Assembly (NCBI GenBank): GCA_963818475.1
Contig: CAWFSF010000006.1
Location: forward strand, 1,504,001-1,568,000
Length of the DNA stretch: 64,000 nt
Direction: 5' to 3'
Origin: Nitrospirota bacterium
Lineage (GTDB): Bacteria > Nitrospirota > UBA9217
In this document: positions 32,409-42,775 of the stretch, piece after piece
How the letters are laid out: every line of letters begins with the position of its first letter
Numbering within the stretch: position 1 is the stretch's first letter
Notes under the pieces: model-generated
Databases searched by the model: none
Told to the model about the DNA's origin: nothing
What the model saw: only the letters and a program-made list of their open reading frames with translations
Translations under genes and position numbers: made by a program

Positions 32409-33676
32409 ATGACAGACGCTCAAAAAACAATTGCCTTTTCAGCGATCGCCGCTCTTGCCCTCTGGGTCAGCGGACTCGGCCATCCATGCCTTCATCCTTC
32501 ACCAGGGCGAGTTCTCGGACCTTGTGCTGTTCGGCGGCTCGTGGCAAGAGCTCCTTTCGCGGTTGCTCCTTATCGCCGGCATCTTCTTCTACGGACTTGT
32601 CATCACCAGGATGCGCGATCATTCCGACCGGAGAAAAATGCATACGGAACTGCGTGCGAATCGCGAACGGCTCGAACGGGAGGTTGCTGACCGGACCGAT
32701 GAGCTGCGCTCGGTCAATGAGCTCCTGCACAAAGAGATCATCGACCGCATGCGGACGGAAGAGGAACTGTATCGGTCCGAAAGCTTCCTCAGCACCATTT
32801 TCGACAGTTTCCACGATCCCTTTAGCATCGTGGACCGCGATTACCGGATCGTAAAGTTCAACGACGCCTATTCCCGTATAAAGAACCTGCCGGCAAAGGA
32901 CCTGTTCGGCAAAAAATGCTACGAGGCGCTCCATGGCAGGAACGACGTTTGCAACGGCTGCGTTATCCTGAAAACCTTTCAGTCCAAGGACCCCTGCGCC
33001 AAGGAGAAACAGGTACGGCAGGCCAACGGAACAGCGATCTGGATCGAGATCTACACCTACCCCATTCTGGACCAGCAAAGAAACGTGACGCACGTCGTCG
33101 AATACACCAGGGACATCACGGACCGCAAAAAATCGGAAGAAGAGAAGAAGCAGTTGATCGAAAACCTGAACTATCTGTCCACGACCGACAGTCTCACCGG
33201 CCTCTGCAACAGGCGGGCGCTCACCGAGACGCTTCATTATGAGATCGAGCGCGCGCAGCGATATGATACGGACCTTTCGCTCATCCTGTGCGATGTCGAC
33301 AAGTTCAAGCCCATCAATGATACCTACGGCCATGCTGCAGGCGACGCCGCCCTCCAGGCCGTATCGGAAGCGCTCAAGACCTCGCTCCGCACAACGGACA
33401 TTCTGGGACGCTATGGCGGCGATGAGTTCATGATCATTCTGCCGGAGACATCGCTCGCTGGAGCAAAAATGCTCGCAGAAAAGGTGCGCCTTGCGGTGTC
33501 GGAGATCGAGCTGTCACGTTGCGAAAAGCGAGCGGATCGGCCTTTCCTTAAGCCTCGGTGTTGCAAGTTGCTGCGCACCTGCAGAGAACATCGACACGCT
33601 GGTGAGGCTCGCCGATTCGGCGCTCTACCTGTCAAAAGAAGGGGGCAGGAACAAGGTGTCGGCTATGAGCGTATAA
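32409..33676 (+). CDS. Membrane PAS-domain diguanylate cyclase (frameshifts near 32460 and 33525)
   Basis: 2 TM, coiled coil, Cys-rich PAS (CYEALHGRNDVCNGC), and RTTD plus GGDEF. Confidence 0.88.
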
Positions 33677-33755
33677 TGTTTGAACTTCAGGCAGGCACGA
33701 CAATGAGGTGGTGCGGCAGCAGCTTCAGCTCGAAGCAAGATCAGCAGTGGATGAT

Positions 33756-34526
33756 TCAACAAAGAAAATATCTGGAATTTCTGTTCTTCCCGAGCGGCCT
33801 CGCGGTTTTCAACATCCTGTCCACACGTTGTTTGGCCTTTTCCACAGCCTTTTCCACAGACAATCCCTGGGATATGAACACGGTTATTGCAGCAGAAAGT
33901 ACGCACCCCGTGCCGTGAAAATCGCCTTTTCGTCTCTTTGTGGAAAAGCTCAGCACGGTCTTTCCACCATAGAGCGTATCAACTGCCGCACCCTGCAAAT
34001 GGCCGCCTTTGATCAGAACAAAGGCAGGCCCCATATCGAGCAGTATGCCTGCGGCAAAATCCATGTCCTGATCCGATTGAATAGCGATGCCGGTAAGCGC
34101 TTCAGCCTCTGGAATGTTCGGGGTGATGATCCGGGCAAGCGGGAAGAGCTCCTTTTTCAGTGATGAGACTGCAGCGGGCTGCAGCAGTGCCTTGCCGGAA
34201 CTGGACTGGAGCACGGGATCGATCACCAGGTTCCTGATCTGGTATTTTCGCACGGCCCGTGCCACGGCAACGACATTCTGTTTTGTCAGCAGCATGCCGG
34301 TCTTGATGGCGTCAGGCATGATGTCGGAAAGAAGAGCCTCTATCTGCTTCGAAAGCAGCGATGACGACACCGGCTCTACTGCCGTCACTCCCCTGCTGTT
34401 CTGGACCGTGAGCGCGGCCGGGATGGCCATACCGTAGGCGCCGAGCGCCTGAAAGACCTTGAGGTCGACCTGGATGCCTGCACCGGAGGAAGGGTCGGAA
34501 CCTGCTATGGAGAGGACTTTTTTCAT
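33756..34526 (-). CDS. thiD: Hydroxymethylpyrimidine/phosphomethylpyrimidine kinase
   Basis: IAGSDPSSGAGIQVDLK, ITPNIPEAE, IKGGH and HGTGCVLSAA motifs. Confidence 0.95.
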   Translation of the reverse strand: MKKVLSIAGSDPSSGAGIQVDLKVFQALGAYGMAIPAALTVQNSRGVTAVEPVSSSLLSKQIEALLSDIMPDAIKTGMLLTKQNVVAVARAVRKYQIRNLVIDPVLQSSSGKALLQPAAVSSLKKELFPLARIITPNIPEAEALTGIAIQSDQDMDFAAGILLDMGPAFVLIKGGHLQGAAVDTLYGGKTVLSFSTKRRKGDFHGTGCVLSAAITVFISQGLSVEKAVEKAKQRVDRMLKTARPLGKNRNSRYFLC

Positions 34527-34566
34527 CAAGGAGTCAAACCTGTTCTAGAATAGAGCAAGAATGTTC

Positions 34567-34661
34567 GCCGCAAGAGCCGCAGAAGCTTGCGGAAAAAATC
34601 TTAGAAGCATTCAAAAAAGCTAACGATTTGATCCTTCTCTGCGCCCTTTGCGGCTTTGCGA
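34567..34661. repeat. 9-nt-period inverted-repeat element (CGCAGAG/CGCAAAG family)
   Basis: CGCCGCAAGAGCCGCAGAAG ... CTCTGCGCCCTTTGCGGCTTTGCG between the M23 gene and thiD. Confidence 0.55.
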
Positions 34662-34705
34662 AGAGATCCGTTTCTAGGTTCGAGCAGCTAATGAATTGAA
34701 AAGCG

Positions 34706-35692
34706 CTACCGCACGGGCATGGCAGTCTGCACTCCTGCCCCGTTCAGATCCAGCTTGATCAGTTCCTGCGGGTCAACGCGCGCACCCTGCACGCGAACGC
34801 CCCAGTGCAAATGGGCGCCGGTGGACCGGCCGGTAGAACCTACCAGGGCGATGACGTCGCCCTTTTTGACCCGCTGCCCGGGCGTCACCAGGACCTTCGA
34901 AAGATGAAAGAACATGGTATAGATTCCCTGGCCATGGTCGAGCACCACTGAATTGCCCGAGTAATACAGGTCATCGACCAGCGCAACAACACCGTTGTTC
35001 GGCGCATGCACTGGATCGCCTTCCTCGGCCTCAACATCAACGCCCGTATGGGGGTTCTTGGGGATCTGGTTCATGAACCTGCGCACGCCGAAGAGGGTGG
35101 CGATCTTTCCCTCGCGCGGGTTCAGGAACCCGCCGTCCCAGACACGGCCCGTCTCGTTCGGCCATATGGAGTTCGTCAGTTTCAGTTCCCGTTCCACCCT
35201 TGCCTCGTTCTCGGGAGAAAGCTCGACCATGCCCTTCGGGAGCTTCAGATACTGCGCAGGATATTCCTTTTTCTGCACCACGACGGTACGGTGCTCGGTG
35301 CTTCCGAAGGCCGTGACATCCAGCGGATAGGAACCAGGCGCAGTAAAGAGATCGATGCCGACCACTGCCCGAAAAGCATCCTGGGAAGGATTGAAATAGA
35401 TCTTTCTGCCATTGAAGGCGCCGTCAACAGGACCGCTCATTCCCCTGACCGTAACGATCATGATATCGCCCGGACCAGGACTGGATGGGGAAAAGACTAT
35501 CTCCGGCTGTGGATGGCTGGCAGGATCTGCTGCAGAAGCAAGGAAAGGAAGACAGAGCAGGGTTGCGATGAAAAGAAGTACTCTGCTGAACGAATTAGAT
35601 TTTGTTCCGCCCCAGAAAGCCCCCCTCACCCTACCCTCTCCCACGAGGGGAGAGGATATTTTTAGTGACCGATTCCGCAGTTTATTTAGCAT
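34706..35692 (-). CDS. M23 family metallopeptidase
   Basis: HTGVD, GNSVVLDHGQG and GSTGRSTGAHLHW motifs. The start is uncertain because the 5' region includes a REP. Confidence 0.9.
   Translation of the reverse strand: MLNKLRNRSLKISSPLVGEGRVRGAFWGGTKSNSFSRVLLFIATLLCLPFLASAADPASHPQPEIVFSPSSPGPGDIMIVTVRGMSGPVDGAFNGRKIYFNPSQDAFRAVVGIDLFTAPGSYPLDVTAFGSTEHRTVVVQKKEYPAQYLKLPKGMVELSPENEARVERELKLTNSIWPNETGRVWDGGFLNPREGKIATLFGVRRFMNQIPKNPHTGVDVEAEEGDPVHAPNNGVVALVDDLYYSGNSVVLDHGQGIYTMFFHLSKVLVTPGQRVKKGDVIALVGSTGRSTGAHLHWGVRVQGARVDPQELIKLDLNGAGVQTAMPVR
35621..35655. repeat. REP/CIR-like palindromic repeat, copy 3
   Basis: CCCCCTCACCCTACCCTCTCCC-ACGAG-GGGAGAGG. Confidence 0.8.
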
Positions 35693-35738
35693 TATATTCA
35701 CCCATTCCGAAATCCGCAATCCGAAATCTGAAATAGAA

Positions 35739-37030
35739 TCATTTCTTTTTAAGATACGCGCTCACGCCCTTCATGGAGCAGAACTCGCCGCACATGGTGC
35801 AGACGTCGGACTCCTTGGGCATGCTTGATTCACGCAGTTTCCGCGCCCGCTCGGGATTGATCGAAAGTTCGATCTGGCCCTTTCCAGTCGAGGGCCTTGC
35901 GCCGCCGCGCCATTTCCTTGTCCCAGTCCATGGCGCCCTTGACGCCTTTGGCGATGTCCGCTGCATGGGCCGCGATCCGGGAGGCGATCACGCCTTCGCG
36001 CACATCGTCCAGGTCCGGCAGCCGCAGATGCTCCGACGGGGTGACATAGCAGAGAAAGTCCGCGCCGGCTGCTCCTGCAATCGCGCCGCCGATGGCCGAG
36101 GTGATGTGGTCGTATCCCGGCGCGACATCGGTCACGAGCGGGCCGAGCACATAAAAGGGCGCGCCCTTGCAGAGCTCCTTCTGGATCTTTATGTTCGTCT
36201 CGACCTGGTTGATCGGCACATGGCCGGGCCCCTCGATCATCACCTGCACGCCCGCCTCGTGCGCCAGGTCGCGCAGTTCGCCGAGGGTGATCAGTTCCTC
36301 GATCTGCGCCCGGTCCGTGGCATCGGCAAGACAGCCCGGCCGCATGCCGTCGCCCAGGGAGAGCGTCATATCGTACTTCTTCGCAGATCTCGATCAGCCG
36401 GTCGTACTGGGTATAGAGCGGGTTTTCCTTCTCGTTCACGATGCATCCATTCGAGATGGAACGCGCCGCCGCGGCTCACCACGTCCATGATCCGGCCCTG
36501 GCGCTTCAGGCGCTCGATGCTCGACAGCGTAACGCCGCAGTGCACGGTCACGAAATCGACGCCCTCTTCCGCCTGCTCCTCGATCACGCGGAACAGCGTT
36601 TCCGGGTCCATCTGGACGATGGGCTTCCCCTGTTCCACGGTCTCGACCGCAGCCTGGTAGATCGGCACGGTGCCGATGGAAATGGTCGAGTGCCTCAGGA
36701 TCTCATTGCGGATCTCGATGATCGGCCCGCCCGTCGAGAGGTCCATGACCGCGTCAGCACCGGCAGCCACCGCGACCTTGAGCTTTTCGATCTCGTCAGC
36801 CACGGACATGCGGTCCTTGGAGGTGCCGATGTTCGCGTTGACCTTGGTCCGCAGCCCCTTGCCGATGCCGAGCGGAGTGATCGACGTGTGGCGCTTGTTG
36901 CGCGTGATAACGATCGTGCCGTTCGCCACGCCTTCGACCACATGGTCAGGCTGACGCCCTCTGCCCGCGCAACCGCTTCCATCTCGGGAGTGATGTTGCC
37001 TTTTCGCGCTTCCAGAATCTGTGTCATGAT
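35739..37030 (-). CDS. thiC: Phosphomethylpyrimidine synthase (several frameshifts)
   Basis: [47 protein letters not shown] and CTMCGEFC motifs. Confidence 0.95.
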
Positions 37031-37064
37031 CACCTCGCATGCAGGATTCCTCGTGAATTATTTT

Positions 37065-37725
37065 TTACCTCGGAATACAATAAGTGCAGGCTATTTTATC
37101 CATGAAATCTATGGCCTGCATGAACTTCCGGGCTGCTGCTGTTATATCCTCAGCAGCAAGGATCGCTGATATCAGCGCCACCCCGTCTGCTCCGGCAGCA
37201 AGGACCTGAAGGACATTTCCACTTTTTATTCCGCCAATAGCCGAATACGGGAATATGAAACGTGATTTTTTACTTCCCTGATGGTCAGACTTCCCCAACG
37301 GTTTTCCATACGTGCACTTTTGACGGCGTTTCAAAAACAGGTCCAAAGGTGATAAAATCCGCCCCCCTGGCCTCTGCATCCTTTGCTTCCTGAGCGGAAT
37401 GGGTTGAAACTCCGATCAGCATTCTGCTGCCCACGATCTTTCGTGCAGCGTCAACCGGCATGCTCTGATGGCCCAGATGCACCCCGTCGGCTTCGACAGC
37501 AACAGCCACATCAACGTGGTCATTGACGAACAGCTTTGCCCCGAATTCCCGGGTAATGGCCCGCAGCTCCTGCGCCAGTGCCAGCAGCTCCCGAACAGGA
37601 AGGTCCTTTTCGCGGAGCTGGACAGCAGGAACGCCGCCCTGCAGGGCAAGACGGACCGCTTCGGGAAGCGGCAGCTTCGTCTGCTTCCGGTCGGTTATGA
37701 GGTAGAGTTTGAAATCAACCGGCAA
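37065..37725 (-). CDS. thiE: Thiamine-phosphate synthase (frameshift near 37315)
   Basis: LYLITDR, VQLREKDL, DGVHLG, GVSTHS, GPVFETPSK and AIGGI...GVALISAI motifs. Confidence 0.93.
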
Positions 37726-37757
37726 AGAAAGCTCCTACACAAAAAATACAAAATTCT

Positions 37758-37864
37758 TTTGCCACGAAGGCACGAAGACACTAAGAAGATCTTAAAATTA
37801 ACCCCTAGGAAAGAAGGAAACGACTTTCCAGACTTTCTTCGTGCCTTCGCGACTTCGTGGCAAA
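37758..37864. repeat. 9-nt-period inverted-repeat element (CACGAAG family), copy 2
   Basis: TTTGCCACGAAGGCACGAAGACACTAAG ... CTTCGTGCCTTCGCGACTTCGTGGCAAA between thiG and thiE. Confidence 0.8.
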
Positions 37865-37881
37865 GTTGGTTCCAGCTTCTC

Positions 37882-38661
37882 TCAGCTTCCGATCATCCCG
37901 TCCAGCGGGCTGCTTGCCGTGGCATAGAGCTTCTTCGGTATCCTGCCCGCCTTGTACGCGAGCCTGCCGCCGAGCACGCCGTACTTCATGGCCTCGGCCA
38001 TGGCGATCGGGTCCTTGGCGCCGGCAATGGCCGTGTTCAAAAGCACTGCGTCGCAGCCCAGTTCCATGGCAAGGGCCACATCAGAGGCCGTACCCACGCC
38101 GGCGTCAACGATGATCGGCACCTTCACGGTCTCCATGATGATCCTGAGGTTGTAGGGGTTCCTGATGCCGAGGCCGGACCCGATCGGCGCGGCAAGCGGC
38201 ATGACCGCAGGGCAGCCGATGTCGACGAGCTTCTTGGCCATGATCGGGTCGTCGCTGACGTAGGGCAGTACGATGAGCCCTTCTTTCACCAGCACCTTCG
38301 CCGCTTCGAGCGTGGCCTCGTTGTCCGGGAACAGGGTCTTCTCGTCGCCGATCACCTCGAGCTTCACGAGCTTCGTGATCCCCGCCTCGGCCGCGAGCAT
38401 GGCCGTCCGGATCGCGTCCTTTGCAGTATAGCAGCCCGCCGTGTTCGGCAGGATCTTGTATTTTTTCGGGTCGATGTAATCGAGCAGGTTCTCCTTGCTC
38501 TTGTCGATGATGTTCACCCGGCGCACCGACACGGTGATCACATCGGTACCCGACGCCTCGATCGCCCTCTTCGTTTCCTCAAAATCCTTGTACTTCCCCG
38601 ACCCGACCCAGAGCCGGGATTTGAACTCAATACCGGCAATGACCAGTTTGTCGTCAATCAT
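37882..38661 (-). CDS. thiG: Thiazole synthase
   Basis: [37 protein letters not shown] and [10 protein letters not shown] motifs. Confidence 0.97.
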   Translation of the reverse strand: MIDDKLVIAGIEFKSRLWVGSGKYKDFEETKRAIEASGTDVITVSVRRVNIIDKSKENLLDYIDPKKYKILPNTAGCYTAKDAIRTAMLAAEAGITKLVKLEVIGDEKTLFPDNEATLEAAKVLVKEGLIVLPYVSDDPIMAKKLVDIGCPAVMPLAAPIGSGLGIRNPYNLRIIMETVKVPIIVDAGVGTASDVALAMELGCDAVLLNTAIAGAKDPIAMAEAMKYGVLGGRLAYKAGRIPKKLYATASSPLDGMIGS

Positions 38662-38677
38662 GTATGATACCTCTCCT

Positions 38678-38941
38678 TCACTTAGCCCTTTTGATCCCCC
38701 ATTCCAATCCGCAATCCGAAATCCGAGATCCGCAATTGAAGTCTCCCCCTGCCATAAAGCTGACCACTTCAAGGCTGTCACCCTCCTGCAGCATAGTCGC
38801 ATCATAGGCAGCCTTCTTCACGATCTCAAGGTTCCGCTCAACGGCCACCTTCTCCGTCTGGATCTTCAAATGCTCCAGAAGGCCCCGGACCGTAAGTCCG
38901 TCAGGAACATCGCGTTTTTCGCCGTTCAAGGTGATGTTCAT
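38678..38941 (-). CDS. thiS: Sulfur carrier protein ThiS with a 21-aa extension after the GG motif
   Basis: MNITLNGE...[10 protein letters not shown]...[13 protein letters not shown] followed by [21 protein letters not shown]. Confidence 0.9.
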   Translation of the reverse strand: MNITLNGEKRDVPDGLTVRGLLEHLKIQTEKVAVERNLEIVKKAAYDATMLQEGDSLEVVSFMAGGDFNCGSRISDCGLEWGIKRAK

Positions 38942-38965
38942 GCGTCCGCTCTCCGATGGTTCAAA

Positions 38966-38994
38966 TAAAAAAAGCCGCATCCAAAGATGCGGCT
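38966..38994 (-). terminator. Intrinsic terminator (TPP riboswitch expression platform)
   Basis: AGCCGCATC-TTTG-GATGCGGCT-TTTTTT on the minus strand, preceded by GCCCTTCC, which is complementary to the aptamer 3' GGAAGGC. Confidence 0.85.
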
Positions 38995-39021
38995 GGAAGG
39001 GCTTTAATGATAGTATACGGT

Positions 39022-39108
39022 TCGCCTTCCCTACGCCGGAACTACCCGGATCAGGTTCTAAGGGTCGTCCGTAAAAGGACTCTCAGCCCGAAAGGCTCCC
39101 CCAGCTCT
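39022..39108 (-). ncRNA. TPP riboswitch (THI element)
   Basis: GGGGGAGCC...GGCTGAGA...ACCCTTAGAACCTGATCCGGGTAGTTCCGGCGTAGGGAA upstream of thiS. Confidence 0.96.
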
Positions 39109-39126
39109 TGCTATGTAATTGAAGGT

Positions 39127-39155
39127 AAAATACAGCACAGCCGGGCCAAAGTCAA
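39127..39155 (-). promoter_or_regulatory. sigma70 promoter of the thi operon
   Basis: TTGACT-17 nt-TATTTT just upstream of the riboswitch. Confidence 0.6.
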
Positions 39156-39236
39156 CGCTTTTCTGGCTCAGGAGTGCAACGAAACACTCAATTCGCCCCT
39201 CCCCACTCGTCAGGAATTAATTCCTTACCTGTTACC

Positions 39237-40763
39237 TTACCCCCTGGTACCCTGGACCCTGAGCCCTGCCATTCTGAGCTTCCTCTCGTGCCGCTGCAGG
39301 ACCTGGCGGAAATGGAACCCATAGATCGAGAAGGTGATGGCGAGCGGGAAGAGCCGCGGTTTCCGGACCAGGGACCAGACGATGAGCTTCCAGTACTGGA
39401 GCCGTTCCCTGCCAAGGATGCCGAGACGCACCACGGACTGGGCCATGGCCCGGAAGTGCATGAACTTGAAGCGGCCCTGCATCTTTTTCGGCGGATTGTA
39501 TTCCTGCAGGAACTTCCGGACACGGGCGTAATAGTGTTTGGGGGCGTAGATGGTGCCCAGGATATGGCGGTAGCCGTTGACCAGCGTGTCGTTGTTCATC
39601 TTCGAGACGAAGTTGATCGAGAAGTCGGTGTTGTCTCCGGTCGCGTTCTTGATGAGCCTGCCCTCCTGCTCCATGCGGCGGTGCAGCTTGGTGCCGGTCG
39701 GCGCGTTCAAAAGCCCCACCATGGCCGTCACGATGCCGCTCTCCTGGATAAAGGCGATCAAACGCTCGAAGATCGCAGCCGGGTCCTTGTCGAACCCCAC
39801 GATGAACCCCGCCTGTACCTCGAGGCCCGCGTGCTGGATCTTCCGGACGTTCGCGATGAGGTCGCGGTTCTGGTTCTGGCGTTTGCTGCACTCGGCGAGG
39901 CTCTCTTCGTTGGGCGATTCGATGCCCACGAACACCTGGTCGAACCCGGCCCGGACCATAAGCTGCATCAGCTCCGCGTCGTCGGCAAGATTAATCGACA
40001 CTTCGGTATAGAGCTTGAAGGGATGCTTGCGCGTCTCCATCCAGGCAAGGATGGCGGGCAGCACCTCGGTCTTGAGCTTCCCCTTGTTCCCGATGAAGTT
40101 GTCGTCCACGATAAAGACGCTGCTCTTCCAGCCCCTGAGGTAGAGCGCCTCAAGCTCGGAAACGATCTGTGCCGCGCCCTTGGTCCGTGGCACCCGGCCG
40201 TAGAGCACCGTGATGTTGCAGAAGTCGCAGTCAAAGGGGCAGCCGCGGGAATACTGAATATTCATCGAGGCGTAGTGCTTCATGTTCAGGAGATCGAAGC
40301 GCGGCAGCGGCGTCCTGCTGAGGTCCGCCCAGAGCGGAGAGGTATACACGCGCTGCGGTTTGCCCTCTGCGAGGTCGGCGAGGAACAACGGCAGCGTGAT
40401 CTCCGCCTCGTTCAGAATAAGGTGGTCCACATGGCCATAGTCCCCGGCATAGGCCGTGAAGTGCGGTCCGCCGGCGATCACTTTCGTGCCGAGCCGCCGG
40501 CATCGCTCGATGATCGTGTCAGTCGATTCCTTCTGGATGGACATGGCAGAGACCAGCACATAGTCCGCCCAGCGGAGATCGGCGTCGGTCAGCTTCGCCG
40601 TATTCAGATCAACGAGGCGCTGGTTCCATTCCCGGGGAAGCATGGCTGCCACGGTAAGAAGGCCCAGGGGCGGCAGGCTTGCCTTCTTGGCGATGAATTT
40701 TAAAGCGTATTTGAAGCTCCAGAAGGTAACAGGATACTGCGGGTAGACGAGAAGAATGTTCAT
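39237..40763 (-). CDS. B12-binding radical SAM protein (DUF4070 type)
   Basis: PPLGLLTVAA, GGPH, SRGCPFDCDFC, DDNFIG and GFIVGFDKD motifs. Confidence 0.93.
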   Translation of the reverse strand: MNILLVYPQYPVTFWSFKYALKFIAKKASLPPLGLLTVAAMLPREWNQRLVDLNTAKLTDADLRWADYVLVSAMSIQKESTDTIIERCRRLGTKVIAGGPHFTAYAGDYGHVDHLILNEAEITLPLFLADLAEGKPQRVYTSPLWADLSRTPLPRFDLLNMKHYASMNIQYSRGCPFDCDFCNITVLYGRVPRTKGAAQIVSELEALYLRGWKSSVFIVDDNFIGNKGKLKTEVLPAILAWMETRKHPFKLYTEVSINLADDAELMQLMVRAGFDQVFVGIESPNEESLAECSKRQNQNRDLIANVRKIQHAGLEVQAGFIVGFDKDPAAIFERLIAFIQESGIVTAMVGLLNAPTGTKLHRRMEQEGRLIKNATGDNTDFSINFVSKMNNDTLVNGYRHILGTIYAPKHYYARVRKFLQEYNPPKKMQGRFKFMHFRAMAQSVVRLGILGRERLQYWKLIVWSLVRKPRLFPLAITFSIYGFHFRQVLQRHERKLRMAGLRVQGTRG

Positions 40764-41086
40764 TATGACTCCTTTTTAAGACGCACCGGGGAAGTTTTCA
40801 CGTACCAGGAGAGCCCGAATTGGAGATGGAACTTGTTAAGGACAGTGTCGAAGCAGCGTGAACCGCAGCATCATCATTATCCAACTCCGGCGCCGCATAT
40901 ACAACAACTATTATGATATGAAACCAGCCAAGGACCGTTCCGGAAACTCCTGCCTCAGCTGTTATGACATTAAGTTTAGCACGGATTGAGGAACTTGGGG
41001 AAAAATGAAAGGGGAAAAATGATCGGATGCGGAGGTGCAAGACTGTTACGAATGAACCTGCAGCACTAGTGCGGTTAAAGACAACG

Positions 41087-41122
41087 AAAAGGCGCGGCGA
41101 GAAACGTCTCGTTTCTCGCCGC
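41087..41122 (-). terminator. Strong hairpin, probable terminator of the stress-gene operon
   Basis: GCGGCGAGAAACG-AGA-CGTTTCTCGCCGC is a perfect 13-bp stem followed by GCCTTTT on the minus strand. Confidence 0.6.
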
Positions 41123-41183
41123 AAGGTTAGTTTTTGCTTTGGCGGTGCCGTTTACCTGGTGGCCCTAAAAAGTCCCGGAAGGC

Positions 41184-41405
41184 TCAGCCTTTTTTGCTGC
41201 CCATAACCAGCAGCACAACGCCGCCTACGAGCGCAAGAGCGCCCACGATCGGAGACAGCGGAAGCGTTTTCGATCTCTCAGCCGTAACCTCCACGGGACC
41301 GAGATCGACGACCTTCTCCCTGCTCGTGTAGGTAATGCCCTGATACGCAAAGATCGCGATCCCTGCAACAATGAGGATGATCCCTAACAACGTGTTTGTT
41401 TTCAT
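41184..41405 (-). CDS. Small membrane protein (DUF3185-like)
   Basis: GIILIVAGIAIFAYQGITYTSREKVVDLGPVEVTAE..KTLPLSPIVG. Confidence 0.85.
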   Translation of the reverse strand: MKTNTLLGIILIVAGIAIFAYQGITYTSREKVVDLGPVEVTAERSKTLPLSPIVGALALVGGVVLLVMGSKKG

Positions 41406-41452
41406 TTCGCGCCTCCGACCGGTCGCCGGTCCGGTTTACGATCTGCCGCAAT

Positions 41453-41602
41453 CTACCCGACCCTGCGGCCCTGAAGGAACCCGACCACCACTACGATAAG
41501 AGCAATTACCAGCAGAAGGTGAATGAACCCACCCATGGTGTAACTGCTCACCAGCCCTAACGCCCAGAGGACTATCAGTATCACAGCAATTGTCCACAAC
41601 AT
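41453..41602 (-). CDS. lmo0937-family (DUF5670) small membrane protein
   Basis: MLWTIAVILIVLWALGLVSSYTMGGFIHLLLVIA with a GGAGG RBS. Confidence 0.9.
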   Translation of the reverse strand: MLWTIAVILIVLWALGLVSSYTMGGFIHLLLVIALIVVVVGFLQGRRVG

Positions 41603-41680
41603 TTGACCCTCCTTCCGGATTGCTCTGGCCCGTTGCCCACGCGCTTGCCGGTCCGGCAATCCATGCGTACATGAACTCAG

Positions 41681-42437
41681 CTACTCGATGGTCATCCGGT
41701 TCTTTACGCTCTTCACGCCTTTTACGTCGTCGACGATTTTGTTGACCAGCTCCTTTTCGGCCGCGTTCTTGGCCTTGCCGCTCAAAGTAACGACACCATT
41801 CTTCGTGGTGACCGAGGTCTTGAGTGCACTGGTCGATCGATGGAACAGCAGCGCCGTTTTTACCTGGGCGGTAATGGAAGAGTCATCGATCTTATCACCC
41901 ATGGTTCGGGATGTCTTTTTCGCGGTCTTAGCCACGGTCATCTCATTATTGACGTCTTTGACCCCTTCGACATCCTTGGCATGTTCGGTCGTCAGTTCTT
42001 TTTCTGCCTGGCTGTCCGCTTCGCCTTTCAAGGTGACGATCCCGTCTTGTGGTGGTAACCTCCGTCAGGGAGCTCACGCTCTTATGAAACAGGAGCGTGG
42101 TTTTCACTTTCGCAGTGATCCACGCATCCGACTTCTCGGCGGGGCGCTCCCCTTTTACTTCCAGCTTGTTGTCCACGCTTTTGACCCCGGCCAGGCCTTC
42201 CACAGTCTCCTGGGCCAATGATTTGTGGTGTTCCTCGGAGACCGTCCCTGTCAAGGTGACGACGCCGTTCTCGGAATCTATCTTAATATCATCTTCCTTG
42301 AGATAGGTCTTGAACACATACGACTTTTTGGCTGATGATTCTATGCTGTCATCCGTCTTGGAAGCGTAGGCAGGCACACCGAGCGCCAGCAGAGCAGCCA
42401 CTGCCACCATAAGAGATAATGAATAGATTGCTTTCAT
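41681..42437 (-). CDS. Triple BON-domain protein (OsmY-like), one frameshift
   Basis: Signal peptide and three repeats of D.xITAKVK...GVVTLxG...GVKSVxN. Confidence 0.92.
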
Positions 42438-42533
42438 GGTACGTTCTCCTTATTATTGTTATTACGGTTGTTTTTTTTATCATGCAGCCGCAGCCGGAGT
42501 CCCGGGAACACGCAGGCGCATGATACGCGCGCT

Positions 42534-42713
42534 CTACTTACCCAGGACCTTTTTGGCCTGGCCGACCTTTTCCTGCATTTTGCCGGTTATGTTTTCAATT
42601 TTGCCTTCACCTTCCAACTTGGGGTTGTCAGTGATTTTCCCGGCCGCTTCCTTGACCTTACCCTTTGCTTTGTGAAACTTGCCTTCCACCTTTTCCTGTG
42701 CGCTGGATTTCAT
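42534..42713 (-). CDS. csbD: CsbD family stress protein (59 aa, below the ORF-track cutoff)
   Basis: GGAGGAGG RBS, then MKSSAQEKVEGKFHKAKGKVKEAAGKITDNPKLEGEGKIENITGKMQEKVGQAKKVLGK*. Confidence 0.92.
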   Translation of the reverse strand: MKSSAQEKVEGKFHKAKGKVKEAAGKITDNPKLEGEGKIENITGKMQEKVGQAKKVLGK

Positions 42714-42775
42714 GGTATTCCTCCTCCCCGGTTATTGGCCTGGCCCGTCACACAGGCCCCATCCAGTATCAAGAA

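Noticed and set aside
39174-40703. 509-aa plus-strand ORF
   Set aside because: It is the antisense shadow of the radical SAM gene.
40798-41124. 108-aa minus-strand ORF between the DUF3185 and radical SAM genes
   Set aside because: It starts inside a terminator-like hairpin and has no RBS or recognisable family.
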